Assembly (NCBI GenBank): GCA_951406725.2
Contig: OX597816.1
Location: forward strand, 36,022,001-36,086,000
Direction of reading: 5' to 3'
Length of the DNA stretch: 64,000 bases
Origin: Octopus vulgaris
Taxonomy: Eukaryota
Positions 54,032 to 64,000 of this stretch are shown here, one piece after another. The notes beneath the pieces are model-generated. The model was not told the DNA's origin, searched no databases, and saw only the letters and a program-made list of their open reading frames with translations. A program made the position numbers and the translations under genes. Each line of letters begins with the position of its first letter. The first letter of the stretch is position 1.

Positions 54032-54612
54032 TACACTGTGTGCCCAAGAACCATTTTGAGGTTTTCTCAGCGGTTAAAGATAATTGAATAAGTTACTATT
54101 TTTTGGTTTTACTTTTAAACTTGCTTTAATTATTGAACTCCTCTCACGCTAAATCACATCTTCGAAAGATTAAGTCGATTAAATCAGCTCAGTAATTGCA
54201 CGTTTAATGAGTTCCTGCAGCATTACTAAGTTACCGAAAGTTAAAAATCCAATACCGCTTTCAAGTAGTGAGAGCATATATATATACAAACGATGAAATT
54301 CCATGTAGTTTCGTCAACCAAATTCATTTGTATATCATTGGCTTGTACGGTGCTATGATAGAAGGTAATTGCCCAAGGCCTTGCAAAGTTGGTTTGAACA
54401 TGTATGTGTGTATATGTGTGTATGTGGGCGTGTGAGTGATTGTGTGTGTGTGTTTGTGCGTGTGTGTATTTTTATATGTTATATATATTTATATATGTTA
54501 TGTGCGTCTGTAAAACAGAAATACTTAGTGAGGGATTATCAATCCAGGCAAAATATTTTATAAGCTTCCTGTTAGTACACGAAGTTAATAGTGTTGGTTA
54601 AGATAACAAAGG

Positions 54613-54690
54613 ACTTGTGGCAGCATTCGTGCTTATAGTTAATCGCCATTGAACTTGTGGCAGCATTCGTGCTTATAGTTAATCGCCATT
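54613..54690 (+). repeat. Exact tandem duplication, 40-bp period
   Basis: acttgtggcagcattcgtgcttatagttaatcgccatt occurs twice. Confidence 0.95.
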
Positions 54691-56855
54691 CTATATTGTA
54701 AATCCATGATGGTGCACGTTATGATAGTTCTTACAGACAATGATATACAAGGCAAGTCATAAATAACGGCCATTACATATTTTTATTTATTGTAGATAAG
54801 TGGATTTACAACTGCTTTCAGTAGTGAGTATACGTTCGTTATTGATAGCTTTACGTCCATCGATCAGTTTAGAATAATATAACTACCTGAAAGTTTAACT
54901 GTATTTTCGTCATAGACATTTCCAGCTATAACGCAGCATAACTCTTAGGGAATGCCCGTACCATTTCTGTAGTGTTCTGATCGGTTATATCCAGGAACGA
55001 CTGATGAAAATATCATTAAGTCATTAGGTCATAAACATCGAAATTATAATGAATCCTGGAAACACCTGTAAGTTAAGATTGCAGGTAAACCGAAACTCTC
55101 AAAATTTTCCTTGTTCAAAAGAGTAAGTAATGTACTCTGCGAAAAGTATTTGGCAATATGAATTTGCCTTTCTATATAATTTCCCATAAACACAAACAGG
55201 AATATGTTCATATTTTATGTCTAGATAAAATTTCACGTTCTCTACAAGAACACCGCTTGGCGTTCGAGAGATTTTAGTGGAGTTCAGACCGTCGCATCGA
55301 ACCAAAATCTGCGTGGCTGCAATAAGAAGTACTTTAGGACAGATACCATTAGTTTTCCGTGAGGCAAACCCAGGTTATAATTATTTCCGTGATATATCAA
55401 ATGATTTTGTATTTCTTACTTTAAAGGATATGTGAATAAGAAAGGCCTCTTTAAACGCTAAATCATTCACTTGTATAATATATTCCTGGATCTATATGCC
55501 AATCATTGAATAATAGAGACGCGAAACTATTCTCCCCTATCTTTATAAACAAAATATATACAAAATATGTACAAAATATGTACTCGACGAACGTAAAGGC
55601 TAACACCTGACTGAAATCAATAAAGTCCTACAGGAACACCCTCCGGCAGAAAATACATTAAATTAATCTTAAACAGATGTAAACTATAAGCTATTTGAGA
55701 AACAAGTTCAAACCGAATTTGTACATGTTTCAAATATATTTGGACAGAAGCGAATACTTCATATGATTCGTGTCACCATAATAAAAAATAACTCTGCATC
55801 AAAATGACAGTAATAAGGGATACTAATAGTGTTTAATTAAGAACAAAGCTAAGCACATTTATTAATATTGGAAACAGGAATATATACGCTATTTTAATCA
55901 CAAAGGTATATTAATTCACGCTTATGTTTCAGTAACTGGAAACAAAATTGATTCATATGTTTGTGGGGAAAAGCAAAAGATATCTACACAGTTTGATAGA
56001 AGAGATTTATGTGTGTAGGAAATTGTAAATAGCAAATAGATTCGGAGTAAAACAGGAATAAATTAATTCAACGAACACAATAGATGATTCTACAAGCGCT
56101 ACTTTAAAGTAACTATAAACATGAGCAACTCTAATCGATTTGTTTTAAAATATTTTAACACTTCATGATGAGTTTGGCAATTGGGAGCATGGTATTGTTG
56201 TTAAGCAGCAAGAATTTGGAGAAATGAAAGTAAAGAAAACTCTCAGTGAGTTATGTTAGATATAAAGTAGGCGAGATACAAATCAAATGAACTACCATGA
56301 GATATTATTAAGTAGAGAGGAGTAAATAACATTGCAAGTTCAGTAAGATAGTTTAGATCGTGGAAATATTTGTTAGTGGTAATATATTACCGTCCTCCGG
56401 CGGGACTGTTTGCCTTTTTTGTGAAACCATCAAGAGATTCTATGTGGCCACACAAAACAACAGCAGTAATTCAATTTATTGTTCACATGGATACTGCAGA
56501 GGTATACACCGAGAGAATGCATATGCAACAACATAATACGCTGTAAAAAATATACAAGTTGGTGTTCCTTTTATTAGACTATTGCGAAACACCATTAGAG
56601 ATCGAGGTTTTGTGTACAAAAGTGTGTAAATGTGTATGGAATCGTACAATAGAAACTAAAAACAAATAGAAATTCACACGTCTATACACTGGTATACTAA
56701 CAGACACAGGTACAACTACACACACAAATACAAACGTACATATACAATGCATATAACATACATCTATGTACTTGTGAGTCTATATATTTATTTATTCATT
56801 TAGTTAATTAGAACGATGGATAGGTAATTAGATAGATAGATCGATAGATAGATAT

Positions 56856-56919
<64 letters not shown>

Positions 56920-57399
56920 ACAGAGCTATGGACAGATTAGATAGCTAGCTGAAGAGATAGACAGATAACTAAATAAATAAATAGATAGACAGATGGGCAG
57001 AGAGATGCATACATACATACATACATACATACATACATACATACATACATACATACATACATACATACATACATACATACATAGTGGATTGTTTGTGTTA
57101 CACTAGTGTAATTGCAAGTAACCGAATCAGAATTTGAATACATAATTAAACAGAATAATAGATTTTAAGCTGGTTTGGTGTGACATTATATTCCAAAACT
57201 CCAAGTTGTAAGTCATCACGCGACTGATTTGAAATTTGTAAACCATAGTTATTATATTTTGCTTGGCATTAATCACTTTCTAATATTGGACTAAACTGCG
57301 CAAAACGCAAATACATAGTGGGACATCTGGCATTTTAAAACAAATGAAAAGGTATAAATATACAGAAATAAAACATTTCTAAATACGTTTTCTTTTTGA

Positions 57400-57580
57400 A
57401 ATTGCATGACTGTGCAGTAAGACGTTTGATTCTCAACCATATTGTTCGAATTCAGTCTTTCTGCGGGACCTTTTGGGCTAACATCTTGTACAATAGCCTC
57501 GGGCCGCCAAAATCTATGTGACTGGATTTGATTGGCAGTTAAAAGAACATAGAAAACACCCGTCACCGACACAAGAGAGA
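57400..57580 (+). mobile_element. SINE family B, degraded 5' half
   Basis: caaccat...atagcctcgggcc...ggatttg. Confidence 0.6.
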
Positions 57581-57596
57581 CACACACAGACACGCA

Positions 57597-57660
<64 letters not shown>

Positions 57661-57664
<4 letters not shown>

Positions 57665-57971
57665 CGTGATCACCGTGAACGACCAGGCTATCAGATGTTG
57701 CTACATATCGCTGGTCACAATGCGCTTTGCATTGTTTTAGCCTTCAAATAACGCCACCCCGCTGGCTAAGCGAGCAGGCCAACAGAAGAAAGATTGAGAG
57801 AAAGTTGTGGCGAAAGAGTTCAGAGGGATCTCCACCACGCCCTGCCGGAGCCTCGTGGAGCTTTTTAGGTGTTTTTGCTCAATAAACACTCACAACGCCC
57901 GGTCTGGGAATTGAAACCATGATCCTACAACCGCGAGTCCGCTTCCCTAACCACTGGGCCATTGCGTCTCC
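57661..57971 (-). mobile_element. SINE family C type 1, full-length
   Basis: Reverse complement of 2116-2405 with complete head ggagacgcaatggcccagtggttaggg. Confidence 0.9.
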
Positions 57972-57981
57972 ACACACACAC

Positions 57982-58013
<32 letters not shown>

Positions 58014-58270
58014 CCCTGTTTCGTATACATTCGATCCTTTTTCCAAGAAATCTAATGCTCGTAGCTTAGCTTTTCCTTGGAGCTGGCCGGATCGGAGCGA
58101 TCTCAAGATTAATCAGCCGAAATTGCTAGGATGATCCGGTTCTTGCCTGAAGATTGAAGGCTTCGAATGTCCCGTCCGTGTTTTTTGTATCGTCTTCTAA
58201 ATGTTTTATGTTCTTGTCCCAGTTTGTATTTTTCTACATATAATATATATATATATATATGAGGAGAGAG

Positions 58271-60210
58271 AGAGAGAGAGGTTATGAGAGGCAATAGTGT
58301 CAATAAGACCCAAAGGTGTCAGATAATGCTGAGTATGTGCTATGGACACACTATAGTTAAGGTCCAAGTTCGGTGATTATGCGAATAAGGAGTCCAACGT
58401 AGGTCATATATCAGCATGTGTATATATAAAAAAAATCAGAGCGAGATAAAAAGCAAAGGCTGCGAAAGATTTCATAACATATATAAATAGAATGTCTTAC
58501 AACTGTCTCGTGGATATTTTATATATCCCTTCACCGGGGATGATGTGAGAAGATGGTTAAGCAATAGTTATTCTAGGTAAGATATGAAATATAGAGTGAA
58601 GTGAAGGAATGAAAATATACGTGAGATATGCAGGGATAGTGCAACTGTAGTTCCATTATTTAGAAAGAATGGTATACATATAAGATTCCAGTAACTTGTA
58701 AGTAAGTTCCAATAGTATTTAAAATTGGTCATTCCAAGGATAGTGTTTGTACACAGTGTTATTGAATGGAATGTTTTATTTAAACTGACTTAAAAGTTAG
58801 GAATGTATTTGTCAGGTCAAATCAAAAACAGGAAGAGAGGAATATAGAAAAGAAGAAAAAAAATGAAAAGTGGGGAGAGAGATAAAAAAGAAATGAAGAG
58901 AAGGAAAGTGTACATTTATTGATCAGTCCAGATAAATTGATAGAAGGAATCGGGAGGTGAGGGTGATAGAGAGAGAAAGACCTGAGAGTGGAAAGAGATG
59001 ATAGGGTAAAGAGTAAAGGAGTGTCAGGCAGAAGGAATGGGGTGAGGATGATAGAGAGAGAAAGGTTTGAGAGTGTAAAGAGTAAAGGAGTGTCAGGTAC
59101 GTAGTGATAGAACATAGTGATAGAGGAGGTAGGGGTAATAAGTGTGAACACTTGTTTGACATTTGGTTTATGGTTTGGTATTAAACTCTCGTTATGCAAT
59201 CTTATGTTCTTATATGGAAAATTAAAAGAAATGAAATAAGTACATACGGTAATACTGAAAATAAAATACGTTCTGAGGAGGAAAGAATGTGCAGGAAGAG
59301 TAAAAGTCTAAATTCAGGCAGAACACTTTCTCTCTGAGAGAGGGATTGCCCCAAAAGTAGATTGCTGCTCTTCACATCATAACATATCTTGCATTTTTAA
59401 ATAACTTTCGTAAACTTGTATACATCTTGGTTTGTTATTTACAATTTCCTGTTCTATAATCGCACGAACTGAAGCACAACTACATTACACGACCATATAT
59501 ATTTATGCGTACGCGTGTGTGTTCGTGCGTTTGTCAGTGCGTACGTGCGTTAGAATTTCAAACAGCATTGATTGACTGTAACGGACAATTCCTTATCAAT
59601 TTTGCAATTAGTTGATAAACGTATAACTCCGAGATACAGAATTATCGAAAATATTTCATGAAAATATTGGAAAATTAGAAATGAACTTGAAAAATATTGA
59701 TAATAAAGTATTTGATGAGGTATTAGTTTTATTTTTCCAATTGACTTAATTGCTGTTTTTAATTAGCTTTAATTGCACATAATTATCTTATAAGGGATTT
59801 CATCCATACCGATATCAAGCTATTCTCACGCACGTACTTTAAGAGACATTTTGGTTTGATGCTATTTCTATCAGATAATACTATCTATAAGAGAGAGAGG
59901 TTATGAGAGGTAATATTGTCAATCAGACCCAAAGGTATCAGGTAATGCTGAGTAAGTACTATGGACACACTATAGTTAAGGTCCAAGTTCGGTGATTATG
60001 CGGATGAGGAGTGCAACATAGCCATATTTCAGCAAGTATATATATAAAAAAAATTCAGAACGAGATAAAAATCAAAGGCTGCGAACGATATCATAACATT
60101 TATAAATAGAATGTCTTACAGCTGTCTAGGGGATATTTTATATATCCCTTCACCGGAGACGGTGCGAGAAGATGGTTAAGCAATAGTTATTCTAGGTAAG
60201 ATATGAAAAA
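58271..60210 (-). mobile_element. PLE-like element: two direct repeats of about 320 bp (58271-58590, 59890-60210), each with a degenerate hammerhead
   Basis: Repeats align end to end; minus-strand CCGGUGA-agggatat/atatcc-(G/U)AGA-cag(c/t)tg-UA-agac; internal IRLHNESLIPNHKPN weakly resembles a GIY-YIG C-terminus. Confidence 0.65.
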
Positions 60211-62839
60211 GAGAGAATATAGTATCTATAAACGTTCATTCATCGACTCATATAATATTGTTGGTGCTGGTGCTACTGTTGTTATTATAACATTTCAAGG
60301 CTGTAACAGTTGGAGCAGGTACCCAACTGAATTATGGAATATGCAAAAGTTTATTACAATGTTGTGAAGTGATTTTCAATAAAATAACCTTACATCTATA
60401 GACGACTAACACTACACCAGGAGCAAGTTTTATTGTCACACATTAGAAATATCTCACTGATTCCACAAATTGATAAATGTGGATAAATTCATTTATAATT
60501 AAATTGATCGATGTTACCAAATCATTTCATAAATTCATACTATTGCGTCTAATAGCGTATTACACATAGTATGGAATTACCCTTAGAAGCAGCAGGCATT
60601 TATTTACTTTCCACACCTATAAAAGTATATCAAAGCCATTTAAAAAATCAAGGAATTTATATGATGACTATTTAATAGTCTGGTATGCATTCAATAGATT
60701 TCAATATTGAAGAAAAAAATCATCAGTATTTCGTTGTAATACATTTAGTCTCTTCTGTTGTCAAAGAATATTTGTGTAAAAATAACTTCTCTTTGTATAA
60801 TAATCTTGCGTTTTCTAATTAATTTCCGTAGTTTCATTATAAATTTTCACGTTGAACTACAGATTAAGTTACAAGAAAATTCGATAAATGTTGATGGAAA
60901 TACAACTGCAATAGCTTTCATGGAAATATTGTAGTGAATAAGCATATTATGTTCAAGACACACCTTCATTTTTTTCTGTTTATCTGATGTGCATATGCAA
61001 TGGTTTCACCAAGTATTTATCATTAATTTTCTTAATATTTTACATGCTGTACAAAATACAGTGACAAAAGGAAATGCTTATCACAGTCATGAAAAATATT
61101 ACGGATTATATAAAAATACACATATACTTCAAAACATAATTACGTGTTATTTTCACGTCTAAGTGTGTTTAACATATTTGTAGACCACGTTTTCTGCTGA
61201 AACCAAGTGTCAATGAGAGATAATGTTAATCGTTAACATTAAGTGCTAACACGCCAGAACACGTGCAATTACATATTTTGCTGTTCCTACTTGGCTCAGG
61301 TCAGCCTTGATCAAAGTCGTTCCAGTCAGGAATATCCAGCAATTTTCGATATCAAGAACTCTGTTATCCAAAGAATTATTGCATCTCCCTTGAGGGTAGT
61401 CAGTTGTCTATATTGTGTTCCTTTTGTTAGTCCTTTTGTCAGGCCAGGGATGTGTTGTCGTACGAGGAAGCGGATTTTCGCCTGAAGTTCAGAATACCAA
61501 AATATTTCACCAGTATAATATTGCTGTCGGTGTACGACTTATTGAAATATAATACTTTGATTAAACGGAGGAGGGGCACGTTACCCTATAGAAAATATAA
61601 TCAACAAGGTATCTCACTTTTAATGCATTTGTAGAAATTGCAATAACAATCCCTCGATGAACTCTCTATTATATGAAATGATAAGAAAGTTATGATGATG
61701 ATCATGTTTATCATAGGCAATCGCCTTTAAGATCAGCAAATTAAATGTGCATATACAGACTGAGAAATTTGATTTTAGATCGATGCTGATACAATGCAGG
61801 ACAAAAATATAGTGGAATATCTACTGGTGATTTCCGTAATTTAAAGAATTAGTAAAAAATAGATACATTAAATGAAAAGTATTTTGCCACTGATGTCCAG
61901 ATGAGAGAGATGAACTGCAGTGTTGATGCTACTAATACATTCGTCTAACGTTGCACAGTCTGCACTTTTTCTGTTGTCTGATTTTCAACAGTCACTACAA
62001 AAATATGGTAAGAAAATGACAGTTATAATTAGAGCTTCGCAAAAGTTAGAGAAGGGAATAAAAAGATAATGGCCATTTCTAGAGAGAATTATATTGATCA
62101 ATGATTTTATCGATAAAGGAAAGAAAAGTTGAAAGAGAACATATTTTATAAATGAATGAGCTCAGTTAAGAAAGATGCTTCTTTACGATATAGCCATCAT
62201 GTTTACATATTTCATAAATTCATGGGATTTGAACCAACGGCATTTACCAAACGTTTGAGAAATATCTGTTACTATCGCACAATGTAACAAAAAGTATATG
62301 CATTTACATACGGGCGCGCGTATACCTACAGATATAAATGCATATACACACACATATAAGTTTACTAGAATTATTTTAATTTGACATAGTTCAGCGACTC
62401 TTCTTTCTCTTCTCCATTGTTGACATTGGGATCTAGACGATGGAGAGCTGTAGTTTTTCTTCATCTACGAGATGTCGCCGTTCACTTAAGTAATGAACCC
62501 GAAAGATGAGGCATTTAAAGAAAAGCAATCCACTATTGAAGTATAGCCTTTAAAGACGACAGTGGAAAGTTTTGGAATCAGAAAACGTATGCAATGCGGG
62601 TACCTTAACAGGTGACAACCGCGTTGAGGGTGAAGAATATCTTCTCTGATTTACCCAATGATGGTAAAGCCTATGCTTTGTGCAACCTAGCGGGGGAGTA
62701 AAAGGGAAGCATATTGCTACGATCCGAAAACAAATACTCACTTCAGGACATGAACTTCTGCAGGTTCAAAATCCAGTGATCGACAAAGAAAGATTTTAAA
62801 ATTGGTATGAGAGTTTTTAAATTCTCGATTATTTTCGAG

Positions 62840-63335
62840 ACAATGATCAGTATATATACGGATCAGTACCGCAAAAGATGATCAGTATACAAAGACACTG
62901 ATATGAATGGAACTTCTTTGGAAACAAAGACTGAACAATCTGAAAGTTATCCTCATTCACCAAGATAATGCATTGCCATTCATATCTTCGGCAACATATC
63001 AGTCTGCAGTTTGGGCTGGTTAGTGGTCTCCCAACCATCGTGTTTCGCGTATCTTTCGCCTCCAAAAGTTGGTCCAAGGATGAATAGTCTTTAAGGACAA
63101 AGATTTGATCTAACACACAAGGTGAAAGCGGCTGTGAAGTAATTGCTAATACGGGGTTAACCTGGATATTATCAAAGTTGATTCGAGAGTTGGGATTACT
63201 TCCGCCGAAAAGGTTTCGCTTGACGGTGGTGATTATGCTCAGTACTACATTTCTATCTATACAAAAATATTCTGCTAACAAACATTGAACAACCAATATC
63301 AGTTAATGAAAATTGTACGCCCACTTTTGCATTAC
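62840..63335 (+). mobile_element. Very degraded mariner catalytic/C-terminal relic
   Basis: ILIHQDNA.P, KGQRF...KVKAAVK and terminal GDY read on the + strand. Confidence 0.6.
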
Positions 63336-64000
63336 TGTAGAGAAAAGCCTCACATAAGCGCTCACAAATTTTATTATATATAAGTGTATAAACATTCTTT
63401 ATGTAAAAGAAAAACTGTATAAACTAATAAGAATTTCATTCTTGTATGAATATTCTTCAAGTACGCAACAGTAGCAATGTTCTTTAAAGGCTGATAAAAC
63501 TGAAATTACGATTCCCCTTTATTTGTTCCTTGGTTGAATTTAGTTTCTCTTTTTACCAATTTCTTCTGATAACTCTGCCACACCTAATTTCAATATCAGT
63601 TCAGTCAAACATTAATTTCCTTTCTATTTCTTTGCTGTTGCTAAATTAAATTTTACGATATCACACGTATTCTATGCACAAGTGTTGGGTTTTCATCACC
63701 CGAGGACTCAATTTTTATCAGATCTTAATTTGAAGCTACGGAAATATTTGCTTATTGCTCTAAGCCTTTTCCAGTTTTCGTAATGTATAATGAAAAACTA
63801 CCAACGAATGTTATATGTATCTTTTTATAAATGATTTGCACACTCATTGAATGATTGAACCAAACATTTTCTATTGACAGTTTTCGTATTCTATTGTCAG
63901 TATCAAGCACAGTCCTCAGTGAGTATTTAATATACATGGGGTTATAATATACAAAAGAATGTGTATGTATGTTTGCCTTAGTGTGTCTGTGTGTCTGTGT

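Noticed and set aside
54800-55075. CTGATGA and GAAAcacctgTA motifs
   Set aside because: Could not assemble consistent stems I and II
58015-58240. CTCAAGA...CGAAA motif in a short repeat-like segment
   Set aside because: Non-canonical core and no convincing stems; left unassigned
62847-63296. 149-aa minus-strand ORF
   Set aside because: Antisense to a decayed mariner transposase
63870-63925. Minus-strand CUGAGGA...GAAAactgUC
   Set aside because: No stem I and poor stem II

Overview
AT-rich, microsatellite-dense eukaryotic DNA. The SINE, LINE and microsatellite repertoire points to an octopus (coleoid cephalopod) genome; this is inference. I found no intact host protein-coding gene, so the window reads as intergenic or deep-intronic. 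Nearly all listed ORFs are translated microsatellites or transposon fragments. Contents: four SINE families, LINE remnants (R4/Dong, RTE, CR1-like), several Tc1/mariner relics, three short Helitron-type elements, and many Penelope-like element (PLE) remnants. The most notable signal is a dense set of minimal type-I hammerhead ribozyme motifs (CUGANGA - stem II - GAAA - palindromic stem III - UH). Two look fully intact (22943-23025, 37988-38075), two nearly intact (13314-13401, 37580-37708), and about seven are degenerate or partial. They sit in short non-coding units, mostly bordered by (TA)n, that form 220-300-bp-arm foldbacks or direct terminal repeats. All alignments and counts were done by eye; nothing was searched or computed.
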